Position numbers and translations under genes: made by a program. This document shows positions 8,893 through 17,628 of a DNA stretch of 64,000 nucleotides, in pieces (within the stretch, counting starts at the first letter, position 1; each line of letters begins with the position of its first letter). Source of the DNA: Bdellovibrio sp. (GTDB taxonomy: Bacteria > Bdellovibrionota > Bdellovibrionia > Bdellovibrionales > Bdellovibrionaceae); the NCBI GenBank assembly GCA_013360185.1, contig JABWCO010000001.1, forward strand, positions 2,560 through 66,559, read 5' to 3'. Under the pieces are notes generated by a model. It did not search any database and was not told the origin of the DNA. It saw nothing but the letters and a program-made list of their open reading frames with translations.

Positions 8893-9294
8893 ATGAATAA
8901 AAACGCATATCAGAAGTATAAAAATACATCCGTGCAAAGTGCCAGTCGAGAGAAAATTCTCTTGATGCTTTACGAGGGTGCAATCAAGTTCACGAAGCTG
9001 GCAATTAAAGCTGCTGAAGAGAAAAAGATTGCGGACCGAGGCATGAATATCGGTCGGGCTTTCGACATTATCATGGAGTTAAATAATACTCTAGATCACA
9101 AAGTCGGCGGTGAGGTCGCTAACCAACTTGAACAGTTATACATGTTCATGATGGAGCAATACACCAAGGGCAATATCACAGGTGATCCAGAACCGCTGCG
9201 CGCCAACTTAAAGCTTCTGCAGACGTTGTATGACGGATGGGTGCAAGCTGTTGAAAAATTTAAAAATGAAAACGCTGACAAAAAAACCGGTTAA
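8893..9294 (+). CDS. fliS: Flagellin export chaperone FliS
   Basis: YQKYKNTSVQSASREKILLMLYEGAIKFTKLA is a FliS-family N-terminus. Length is 133 aa. Confidence 0.9.
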   Translation: MNKNAYQKYKNTSVQSASREKILLMLYEGAIKFTKLAIKAAEEKKIADRGMNIGRAFDIIMELNNTLDHKVGGEVANQLEQLYMFMMEQYTKGNITGDPEPLRANLKLLQTLYDGWVQAVEKFKNENADKKTG

Positions 9295-9311
9295 TGGACC
9301 ACGGAGGGGAC

Positions 9312-9737
9312 ATGGACAGAATTATTACTTTGCTTAACGAAAAGAATCACTATTTAGAAAAGTTCTATTCTTTGAATGAAACTGAACTGGCAAATTTTGC
9401 GCAGGGGCAGTTTGATAACTTGGAACATTTCTATCAAACCCGTGAACATATTCTAGGCGTTCTAAAATATGTCGACGCACAAATCGCAAAATTTCAGGAT
9501 GAAAACTCTGAAGTCGCAGTGATCAACGACATCGTTCGTCGAGAAATTAAAGAAGCTTTATCAATCAAAGATGAGTACGTCATGCGTATTATTGAGCAAG
9601 ACATTCAAGTGCTTTCGTGTATTGAGTTAGCCAAGAATTCAATTATCAAAGAACTGCAAGATGTTCGGCATAACCGCAAAGTCGTCAGCAGCTATAAATC
9701 TAAAACGTTTAATCAGCGTTTAAACGAAGAGGTCTAG
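9312..9737 (+). CDS. Hypothetical helical protein in the post-fliS position (possible FliT/FlgN-like chaperone)
   Basis: The ORF follows fliS directly. GGAGGGG precedes the ATG at 9312, while an alternative ATG at 9294 overlaps the fliS stop. The functional guess rests on position only. Confidence 0.55.
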   Translation: MDRIITLLNEKNHYLEKFYSLNETELANFAQGQFDNLEHFYQTREHILGVLKYVDAQIAKFQDENSEVAVINDIVRREIKEALSIKDEYVMRIIEQDIQVLSCIELAKNSIIKELQDVRHNRKVVSSYKSKTFNQRLNEEV

Positions 9738-9835
9738 GAAAAATTTTCCTGACAAAAACCTGACGGCAAGTTCGCTGAAAGAGTCAAACTCCTGGCTGAA
9801 CTTGCCTCAAATCAAATAAAACAGGAAACGACCTG

Positions 9836-9851
9836 TGGCATCTGTGTTGCT
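9836..9851 (+). promoter_or_regulatory. Sigma54 (RpoN)-type -24/-12 promoter
   Basis: TGGCAT-N5-TTGCT with exact GG-to-GC spacing. It is followed by GAGGAG (9866-9871) and the ATG at 9882. Confidence 0.65.
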
Positions 9852-9881
9852 CTTCAGAAAAGTCTGAGGAGACAAAATCAG

Positions 9882-10937
9882 ATGTTAGATAACCAGATTG
9901 TGCAAAAGTCCAGTGACGTCAACGAACCGCATTTAGGACCTATCGAAGTTCCAGCTCAAGAAAAAATAAAAGTATACTTTGATCCCCAGCAAGCAATTGC
10001 CGACTTCGATGCCGACGTGCAGGTGAGTGAAGCTCCGGCACCGATCGTTGATATTCGTTTGGCTTCTTATCTAAAGAATGCGCGTTTGCTTATGAAGCAT
10101 AGAGAATATTCTTTAGCGCTGAATATCCTCCGTCAGGCTTGCAATCGTGATTCGCGTCATCCTGTGACGTTGGGGCTTTTGGCAACTTGCCTTGAAACGA
10201 CCTCGCGCCATCAAGAGGCATTAATCGCTCGCCGTGCTTTGGTTGATATTGAATACGGGTTTGCAAATCTCTTCAGATACGCCACGGCTCTTTATAAGTT
10301 AGGTAAAGATCAAGAAGCTTTGGATAAGTACTATGAGGCTTTGGCCGTCCTTAAAGAAGAAAATGAGTCCCTTTTTGAAACCTATAAAAACATGGGTAAC
10401 ATCTTTGTACGTCAAGGCGACTTTGACGCTGCTGAAGAGTACTATAATAAAGCCTACACGATGAATCCAAAGTCTGACGTACTGCTTGTCAATTTGGGCA
10501 CTCTTGAGGTGCAACGTAATGATTTTGATAAGTCTTTGTACTGTTTTAGAAACGCCGTTGCCATCAATCCACAAAACGACAAAGCCTGGGTGGGACTGGC
10601 CATGGTTCATAATCACTTTGGTGATAATGAACTGGCGTGGGCGAATATTGAGTCGGCGGTGGATATCAATCCAAAAAATCGAACAGCCGTGCATCTGGCA
10701 GCAAACTGGGGTTTGCGTGACGGCAGAACTCAGAAGTCGATCGAGTTCTTACAAAGCTATTTAGGTTCCGTGGAAGAAGATGAGGACATGTCCTTGGTGC
10801 TTATTAATTTATTCTGCACACTAGGTCATGTTGACAAAGCTCTTCTAGAGATGGAGCGGGTTCTTCTGTGGAATCCACGTCATTCTGAAGTTCGCAGCTT
10901 AAAAAAGAAAATTCTTGATTCGCAAAAGGTGGCGTAA
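9882..10937 (+). CDS. Tetratricopeptide (TPR) repeat protein
   Basis: Repeated 34-aa TPR-like units, for example YKNMGNIFVRQGDFDAAEEYYNKAYTMNPKS, LVNLGTLEVQRNDFDKSLYCFRNAVAINPQN and AWVGLAMVHNHFGDNELAWANIESAVDINPKN. Confidence 0.85.
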   Translation: MLDNQIVQKSSDVNEPHLGPIEVPAQEKIKVYFDPQQAIADFDADVQVSEAPAPIVDIRLASYLKNARLLMKHREYSLALNILRQACNRDSRHPVTLGLLATCLETTSRHQEALIARRALVDIEYGFANLFRYATALYKLGKDQEALDKYYEALAVLKEENESLFETYKNMGNIFVRQGDFDAAEEYYNKAYTMNPKSDVLLVNLGTLEVQRNDFDKSLYCFRNAVAINPQNDKAWVGLAMVHNHFGDNELAWANIESAVDINPKNRTAVHLAANWGLRDGRTQKSIEFLQSYLGSVEEDEDMSLVLINLFCTLGHVDKALLEMERVLLWNPRHSEVRSLKKKILDSQKVA

Positions 10938-10938
10938 G

Positions 10939-11550
10939 ATGTCGATGATTACATTTTCGGAAAATCACGAGGGATCCTTGGTGGCTTTCGAGGCGGGTGC
11001 GGAACTCGCGTCCCTGCGGGACCCGCGCGGTGAAGCTTTGAAGTGGGTCTACTCTTTGGGGGTGATTCCTTCGCAACAAGTGGTAGTCGTGGGCCTGGGT
11101 TCAGGTTTTCACGTAGCTGCTTTGGCAGATCTTGACGAAAATCTAAAGATTACCGTAATTGAATCCCGTGAATCGTTGATTCCAGTTTTTCGTTCGCAGT
11201 TTCCCGAGATTGCCGAGCGTATTGAAGTTGTGATCGCGCAGACCGCTCAGGATATTTTTAAAACGGACGTTTTTCAGGAAGTTATGAGTGGTCAACCTTA
11301 TGTTCTGTCGTGCCGTGAATGCTGGGGACAACAAGGGAATTTATTCTCAGAGTTATTTGCTCATCTTACCGGGCGCTCTGCGGAATCCGTGCGCTATCAT
11401 TTTGACGAGTTTGGCATCAATATGAAAGCCCTTTATTTTCATCCCAAACAAATGCTTTCGGTAAAGGACGTGATTCCTGTTGTCGAAGCTTCGCTGATGG
11501 CAGAAAAGCAAAAGCAAATCTTTAGAGTGCTCGCAGAGCTGGTGAAATAA
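10939..11550 (+). CDS. Rossmann-fold GxGxG protein (SAM-methyltransferase-like or Maf/MptE-like), function unknown
   Basis: VVVVGLGSGFHVAALADL is followed by the acidic beta2 end KITVIESR. The ATG lies immediately after the TPR stop, and the stop overlaps the next ATG (TAATG). Confidence 0.7.
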   Translation: MSMITFSENHEGSLVAFEAGAELASLRDPRGEALKWVYSLGVIPSQQVVVVGLGSGFHVAALADLDENLKITVIESRESLIPVFRSQFPEIAERIEVVIAQTAQDIFKTDVFQEVMSGQPYVLSCRECWGQQGNLFSELFAHLTGRSAESVRYHFDEFGINMKALYFHPKQMLSVKDVIPVVEASLMAEKQKQIFRVLAELVK

Positions 11551-13127
11551 TGAAGATCTTAGTTTTGTCTTTGCTTCGTTTGGGTGACATCATTCAACAA
11601 GAGCCACTGCTGCGTGGTTTGCGTCAGAAAAATCCGCAAGCAGAAATTCATTTGTTGATAAATAAACAATTCGCAAATATCGAACGCATTTTTGAGGGCG
11701 TGGTCGACAAATATATTTATTTTGATCGGACTTCTTTGCAGCAAGGCCTCGGAGAAGCGGCTTACAATATCTTGTGGTCGTATAAGCAGCTTGAAAAGCT
11801 GATTGCTGACTTAGATGGCGAGCACTACGACAAAGCCATTAATTTGACCCATAACAAATTGAGCGCTTATCTTTTGGGAACTTTAGAAATTCCCGAAAAA
11901 CGTGGCCTGTATCAGCAAGACGGGCGTTTTCAGGGATTGAATAATCGGTGGATTCGCTATTTTAATGATCGCTTTTCTGGCAATCAGAAATCCTTATTCC
12001 ATTATGTCGAGTTGTTAGGAAAAGGTTTTGATATTCCTGTGCAAGCGGTCGAGCGAGCACCAGTAAAAAAACGTAGCAAACTTGTTTTGTTGCAGTGTCT
12101 TACCAGCAGCGAGAAAAAAGACTGGGGTCTAGAACGATTTAAACAATTAAAGCGCACTATCGAAATCGCTTTAGTCGATTACGAAGTGTGTATCTTGGGG
12201 GCGTCTTTTGAACGGGATACCCTGTTGTCCGTTTTTTCGGAAGGTGACTTGTTGATTTGTGATTTGGCGGAAGCGCGTAAGCATTTGCATAATGCGGCAT
12301 TGTTGATTACCGGCGACACTAGCATAAAGCACATCGCCGCCCAAGTCGGAACACCAATCGTCGAAATCGTGATCGGCAGCAGCGACGTCTCAAAAACAGC
12401 GGCCTTTGCGGCAAGGTCTATCGCGGTGCAAACGCAAGTGCCTTGTGCACCATGCAGTCATTCTGGCAAGTGCACGCAGGCAAGTCATCTGTGTGCCGAG
12501 GACGTGACGATAGAAAAAGTCTTTGGCGCAGTGTGGGATCAGCTGAGTGGCGAAAAAATCGCTAGCCGAAAAATCGTCAACAGCCTAGAGCGGGCCGTCT
12601 GGACAATCTATTTAGACAAAAACAATGCAGCCGCCCAGCCATTTTATCGGGCCACGGCGGAAGAGTTCTTAACTGAAAATTCTCCGGAATCTTTACAGGC
12701 TTCGCTGCCGGCTTGGAATGAACAAACTGCAATTTATCGTGCCTGGATTGTGAAAGCCCATGCGGCATTGCCGACCCGTGATTTTTTGGCGACGCACAAG
12801 ACCTTTCAAGCGTCGGATATAGCGGAGTTAGTTTTGTTAGCGCAAGACATTCTGCGTTCCAAAAAAGACGAGGCGGGATATTTCCAGTATTTTGTCGAAG
12901 CCTTGCTGTCTCGGTTCAGTCAGCCGGTGCAAATATATGATCGGGTTTTTAAAGCTCTTCAGGATGTCGAAGAGCTGATTAGTGTGCGTGAGGAATTTAC
13001 TCAACATCTGCAAATGCTCTCTCAGGAAGGTGTGTACTATGCAAAAGGAATTGGACAATTATCTATCAGCGGCTTTGAAGAAGTTAGAAAAGGCGTACAG
13101 CGAGATCTTGAGGACGCAGGGATATAG
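11550..13127 (+). CDS. GT9 (heptosyltransferase-family) glycosyltransferase with C-terminal extension, 525 aa
   Basis: N-terminus MKILVLSLLRLGDIIQQEPLLRGLRQKNPQAEIHLL is typical of ADP-heptose heptosyltransferases. GDTSIKHIAAQVGTP is present. It has a four-Cys cluster at aa 299-315 and a helical tail of about 190 aa. Confidence 0.85.
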   Translation: MKILVLSLLRLGDIIQQEPLLRGLRQKNPQAEIHLLINKQFANIERIFEGVVDKYIYFDRTSLQQGLGEAAYNILWSYKQLEKLIADLDGEHYDKAINLTHNKLSAYLLGTLEIPEKRGLYQQDGRFQGLNNRWIRYFNDRFSGNQKSLFHYVELLGKGFDIPVQAVERAPVKKRSKLVLLQCLTSSEKKDWGLERFKQLKRTIEIALVDYEVCILGASFERDTLLSVFSEGDLLICDLAEARKHLHNAALLITGDTSIKHIAAQVGTPIVEIVIGSSDVSKTAAFAARSIAVQTQVPCAPCSHSGKCTQASHLCAEDVTIEKVFGAVWDQLSGEKIASRKIVNSLERAVWTIYLDKNNAAAQPFYRATAEEFLTENSPESLQASLPAWNEQTAIYRAWIVKAHAALPTRDFLATHKTFQASDIAELVLLAQDILRSKKDEAGYFQYFVEALLSRFSQPVQIYDRVFKALQDVEELISVREEFTQHLQMLSQEGVYYAKGIGQLSISGFEEVRKGVQRDLEDAGI

Positions 13128-13183
13128 CCAAGAAGCCGAAAGAGTGCAGCTGTTAAAAGAACTCGTAAAGGAACAAGTGAAAA

Positions 13184-14644
13184 ATGAAAATTCTAGTAAT
13201 TCAACTCGCTAGACTTGGCGATATCTTTATGACTTGGCCTGCGTTGCGTGCCTTGAAGCGCTCCCATCCTCAGGCCGAAATTCACTTATTAACTCGCCCA
13301 CGTTTTGGCGCGGCGGTCGAAGGGTTGACGGCGGTGGATCGTCACATCTCTTTGCCGGTAAGTACTATTCTTGCCCCCTTGGTGCAAGACGAGGCGGATT
13401 TCGATACGTCGTTAGAGCGTTTAAATGAAACGGTCGACATGTTAGTCGCGGAAAATTACGACACCGTGGTGAATCTGACCTTTTCGCCGGTATCGAGCTA
13501 TTTGACTCACGCGGTGAGCGGTTTACACACGACGGTTTTGGGTTATACGCGCTATAACGATGGCACTTTGTGTTTGGCTGATGAGGTCAGTTCTTATTTT
13601 TACGCACAGGTGGGACCTGAACGTGCCAATCGGGTGCATCTGGCTGACATCTTTGCATCAATGCTAAATGTTGAATACATAGAGCAGGATTGGCTCGCTC
13701 CAGTATTGGCGGAACCCAGCTTTGCATTGCCGGATTGTTACATGGCTTTGCATGTCGGCGCCAGTGAACAGCATAAATCTTTAAGTCCTCAAGCTTGGGG
13801 TCGTACGCTGGCATATTTTAACCGTCGCTATCAAGGTTTGCCAATCGTCTTAATCGGGGCTGCGGGCGAGGCCTCGTTAGCCGAAGAAATCATCAAGGCG
13901 GCTCCGCAGGCAGCGATCATTAACATGGTTGGTAAGACCACAGTTTCCGAACTTTTTTCCGTGGTTCAAGAAGCAGAAATTCTTGTAGGTTGTGACAGTG
14001 CGCCGATTCATATGGCGTCATTAACAGACACGCCGACGCTGAATGTATCTGTCGGCAAAGTGAATTACTGGGAAACCGGCCCGAAGGCGACGCTGGGTTT
14101 TATCTATCGCATTGAAAACGAAGAAAAACTTGTGACTGAACGCTTAGGGGAAGTCTTGGCTTTGCTCCTGGAAGGCGAAGTGGCTTCAGAGCTGATCCCA
14201 CGTGCCGCGGGGTTAGTCAGTTATGCGCAGAATGATTTTGGCATAGAGGCTTTCCAGTGGGGCATGGTTCAGGCCCTGTATCTAGGAGGCCCTTATCCCA
14301 TCGCAGACAGAATGGAAATCATTCAAGGGGCTGCGAAGTTGCAAGATATAAATAATTTTGCAATGGAACAAATCGCCTTAATACCTGAAAAGGGTCTTCA
14401 GGCCATCGGACCTTTGTTGGACAGTGCGGAAGAAGTTATTCAAAATATTAGCCGAGTTGTACCGGAATTGAGTCCTCTTATTAACTGGTACCAAGCGGAA
14501 AAAATTCGCATTGGTCCAGGGTCGCTTGAGGAGATCTGTGCGACAGCTTTGAGTATTCACCAACGTTTAGCCCGCCATGTGGAGGCTTACGTTCCTCATG
14601 ACGCCTTAATTCAATCAGAGGAGGCGCTCGATGGAACGCTTTAA
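13184..14644 (+). CDS. GT9 (heptosyltransferase-family) glycosyltransferase paralogue with C-terminal extension, 486 aa
   Basis: N-terminus MKILVIQLARLGDIFMTWPALRALKRSHPQAEIHLL. GCDSAPIHMASLTDTP is present. It has a tail of about 150 aa and no Cys cluster. Confidence 0.85.
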   Translation: MKILVIQLARLGDIFMTWPALRALKRSHPQAEIHLLTRPRFGAAVEGLTAVDRHISLPVSTILAPLVQDEADFDTSLERLNETVDMLVAENYDTVVNLTFSPVSSYLTHAVSGLHTTVLGYTRYNDGTLCLADEVSSYFYAQVGPERANRVHLADIFASMLNVEYIEQDWLAPVLAEPSFALPDCYMALHVGASEQHKSLSPQAWGRTLAYFNRRYQGLPIVLIGAAGEASLAEEIIKAAPQAAIINMVGKTTVSELFSVVQEAEILVGCDSAPIHMASLTDTPTLNVSVGKVNYWETGPKATLGFIYRIENEEKLVTERLGEVLALLLEGEVASELIPRAAGLVSYAQNDFGIEAFQWGMVQALYLGGPYPIADRMEIIQGAAKLQDINNFAMEQIALIPEKGLQAIGPLLDSAEEVIQNISRVVPELSPLINWYQAEKIRIGPGSLEEICATALSIHQRLARHVEAYVPHDALIQSEEALDGTL

Positions 14645-15314
14645 AGTCAGCGGAGAAGATCTGCGCAATTTTTATCAAGACAATATCGAACTTAAAAGAG
14701 TTTTTAGCGATATCGAGCGCGATCTGCGCTCTGAAAACCAAGTGGTGTGTCGTTATATCGTTAACGGCATGGAAGTGGCCGAGTCCGAAGAGGTGCGCTT
14801 TTCCACGGTCAAACTGTCTGACATCGAAACCTTGGAATACGTAACTGAAAACAGTCGCGATATCACCTCGATCGTTTTGAAGGGGTGGATTGAGGCCTTG
14901 CCGGAATTAATTCAACAAACTGAAAATCTTTCGAAGCGTATGCGGGCTCAGGGCTTTTCGGGCTTGTTTAAGGCCATTCACGATTTGGTGCAAAACTGCG
15001 AATATCTGATCGACAGTACGATCACGATTAAAGCGATGATGGGCGATCAATTCCAAGGGTCTGGTCCTGTCGATTGGTACAAAGCCGAAGAGGCCAGCAA
15101 AAAAACTGTGACCGAGGCGTTACGCGCTTTGGAAAATAAGGATTTTATTCTTTTAGCGGATGTCCTAGAGTATGATTTGAACAATGTCTTGCAGATGTGG
15201 TTGGATCACCTGCGAGTCGTGGAGAAGTCGCTTCATGGGGAATACGCCGGGCCTAATATCAATGCCGAACAAGCTGGATCCTATTCTATGGGTAGGAAAC
15301 GTATCGCCAATTAG
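14631..15314 (+). CDS. Hypothetical protein (227 aa)
   Basis: The ATG overlaps the GT9 paralogue stop by 14 nt, which suggests translational coupling. I recognised no motif. Confidence 0.65.
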   Translation: MERFKVSGEDLRNFYQDNIELKRVFSDIERDLRSENQVVCRYIVNGMEVAESEEVRFSTVKLSDIETLEYVTENSRDITSIVLKGWIEALPELIQQTENLSKRMRAQGFSGLFKAIHDLVQNCEYLIDSTITIKAMMGDQFQGSGPVDWYKAEEASKKTVTEALRALENKDFILLADVLEYDLNNVLQMWLDHLRVVEKSLHGEYAGPNINAEQAGSYSMGRKRIAN

Positions 15315-17271
15315 ACTGCCCCATTTTTTTCCTTTCCAAAAACGGGAAGTGGAAATTGTTTTTAGGGCCTCCTGCGCAGAGGCCCTTTCGCTTTTAAAGA
15401 CCCAAAAGTTTTCCTCGATCTTAGTCCAGGACCCTCGCGCGGAAGACCGCCTGGAGTTCCTGGTACAGGCTCGCCTTTATCAGCCAATCGCGCCGCGAAT
15501 TTTAATTGCGGAAGATTTATCTGAACAAGAAGTCCGAGAGGGTATCAACAAAGCCCAGGTATTCCGGTTCATGCGGTGGCCTTTAAGTGAGCGAGAAGTC
15601 TGGGCGCAGCTAGAGAGCGCCTTGCAAAAGCATTCCATGTACCTGTCGCGCTCCCTGTTGTTGCGTGAATCGTCCCATCAAAACAAACAACTAGAAGCCC
15701 TCACGCATTCTTTAGAGGGCATGGTTGAAGAACGCACTCAGTTCATTGAGCTTTCCCATAACGAAGAAAGTGAAAAATTGAATCGCGAACGACTGCTGGT
15801 GCGATTTATCAAAGATCTTGGCACACAAAATTCATTTGAAGACATCTTGGGCGTTTTGCGCAAAGAGCTGCGTAAATTTCATAAGATGGGGGACCCGATT
15901 TTGGCCTACCGCTTAGGTGGAGGAAAAACTTTTTTTCTAAGTTTTCATTCGGGCCACTTCAATCAAACTGATACTTTATCCTATTTTGAGTTTCCGAAAA
16001 CGGCGGAAGTTCCCTCGCCCGAACTGATTCGTTATTTTGCCAATCATTTTGGTCGTCCGTTTATTCGCGCTTACGCCGTCCCGTTAGAACTGCGTCTGAC
16101 CAGCCATTTGGTCGGCGACGAAGGTGAAGCGATTTTGTGTATTGAAAATTCTTTGTCTGATAAAGAAATGACTCCGTTCATTGATTTTATGACGGATCGC
16201 ATGCGTCCTCTCAGCATGGCATTGGACCGTGTGCTTTTGGAAAGTCAGCTTTCAAGTTTTTCTTATCGTTGGGAAAAGACTTTTGATGGTATGCGCGACC
16301 CGGTGGCGATTGTGGACCTAGAATACAATGTTGTAAGGGCCAACCGAAAATTTTCTGATAAGTTTTTTCAACAAAAGTGCTTTGAAAGCTTTGCCCATAA
16401 AAAATCGCAGTGTGAAGGGTGCCCTGTACCCACCGCCTTGAAAGAGGGTGTCACTGCGAGCGGTCAAATCCAAGTCGATGGGCGCGTATATCAGGTGCAC
16501 AGCTATCCCGTACTTCTTGAACATGGCGCTCGTCCGACAAATATTGTGAATCAATATGTGGATATCACGCAGTCGCGAGAGCTTTATCTGCGCATGTTGC
16601 AGAATGAAAAAATGGGCGCCATCGGTATGCTGGCCGGGAACATTGCGCATGAATTAAACAATCCATTGACGGGCTTGAGGGCTTTGACCCAGGTTCTGTT
16701 GCAGGAAGTGACGGACGAAGGAAATTTGCGCGCGGATTTGATTGAAATCGAAAAAGCCACGGCGCGATCACAAAGAATTATCAAAAATCTTTTAGATTTT
16801 TCCAAGGGCGAAGATCAGCCATCGGAGTATATCAGTGTTGATGAAGTGATCGAAAGAACCTTGCCAATGTTAAAATCAGCATTGCGGCAACATCGTTTGG
16901 AAGTGGACCTAAAAACTTTGGGGCACAGCGTTTTTGTTGAGCCTCATTTATTGCAGCAGGTGGTATTCAATCTGATTAACAATGCCTGTCAGGCGATGAA
17001 GGATCCCGGGCGTTTGCGTGTTGAAACCGAGGTCCGTGCTAATCAGGTTTTAATTCGCATTGAGGACACGGGGCCAGGAATCCCCGAAGATATTCAACGC
17101 CGCATCTTTGAACCCTTCTTTACGACAAAAAAAGAAGGACATGGGACGGGTCTTGGGTTAAGTATGTCTAAGTCCATCATTGAAAAATTTGGCGGCACAA
17201 TTCAGTTCCAAAACGTGGAACCTCAGGGCTGTTGTTTCACGATCGTGCTGCCTACGAAAAGTTCGGAGTAA
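15235..17271 (+). CDS. Sensor histidine kinase with degenerate N-terminal receiver-like domain and PAS domain
   Basis: H-box HELNNPLTGL, N-box NLINNACQAM, G1 EDTGPGIP, G2 GTGLGLS. The start is ambiguous (15184, 15235 or 15262); GGAGA precedes 15235. Confidence 0.85.
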   Translation: MGNTPGLISMPNKLDPILWVGNVSPIRLPHFFPFQKREVEIVFRASCAEALSLLKTQKFSSILVQDPRAEDRLEFLVQARLYQPIAPRILIAEDLSEQEVREGINKAQVFRFMRWPLSEREVWAQLESALQKHSMYLSRSLLLRESSHQNKQLEALTHSLEGMVEERTQFIELSHNEESEKLNRERLLVRFIKDLGTQNSFEDILGVLRKELRKFHKMGDPILAYRLGGGKTFFLSFHSGHFNQTDTLSYFEFPKTAEVPSPELIRYFANHFGRPFIRAYAVPLELRLTSHLVGDEGEAILCIENSLSDKEMTPFIDFMTDRMRPLSMALDRVLLESQLSSFSYRWEKTFDGMRDPVAIVDLEYNVVRANRKFSDKFFQQKCFESFAHKKSQCEGCPVPTALKEGVTASGQIQVDGRVYQVHSYPVLLEHGARPTNIVNQYVDITQSRELYLRMLQNEKMGAIGMLAGNIAHELNNPLTGLRALTQVLLQEVTDEGNLRADLIEIEKATARSQRIIKNLLDFSKGEDQPSEYISVDEVIERTLPMLKSALRQHRLEVDLKTLGHSVFVEPHLLQQVVFNLINNACQAMKDPGRLRVETEVRANQVLIRIEDTGPGIPEDIQRRIFEPFFTTKKEGHGTGLGLSMSKSIIEKFGGTIQFQNVEPQGCCFTIVLPTKSSE

Positions 17272-17274
17272 CTT

Positions 17275-17628
17275 TTGAAAGTTCTAATCGTTGATGATGA
17301 AACCCTGGTGCGACGCTCACTGTCTCGAGCGTTAAAAAGCAAGGGTTATGAGGTGCAAGAAGCCGTGAACGGCACTGAAGGTTTACAACTTTGGCGTTCG
17401 TGGCATCCTGATTTAGTTTTTTTAGACGTCTTAATGCCAGGTATGACCGGGCCCGAGGTTTTAAAAGAAATCGGTAACGACAACAAAGCCAAAGTGATTT
17501 TGATGTCGGCCTTTTCCGGAGAACACAACATGCAGACGGCCCAACAAATGGGTGCCAGTCATTTTGTGCCAAAACCTTTTGAAGACATTTTCGCCGTCGT
17601 AAAAATGGCGGAGGATATGTTGGTATGA
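17275..17628 (+). CDS. Single-domain response regulator (CheY-like receiver)
   Basis: KVLIVDDE...DLVFLDVLMPGMTG...VILMSA...FVPKPF. TTG start with GGAG 6 nt upstream. Confidence 0.9.
   Translation: MKVLIVDDETLVRRSLSRALKSKGYEVQEAVNGTEGLQLWRSWHPDLVFLDVLMPGMTGPEVLKEIGNDNKAKVILMSAFSGEHNMQTAQQMGASHFVPKPFEDIFAVVKMAEDMLV

Noticed and set aside
9793-9805. A second sigma54-like string TGGCTGaacTTGC lies upstream of the TPR operon.
   Set aside because: The GG-to-GC distance is 10 rather than 12 nt. The site at 9836-9851 has exact spacing and better matches.
15184-15234. The longest form of the histidine-kinase ORF starts at 15184.
   Set aside because: It would overlap the preceding ORF by 131 nt and encodes Cys/Trp/Arg-rich sequence. 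Starts at 15235 or 15262 fit the receiver-like N-terminus better.
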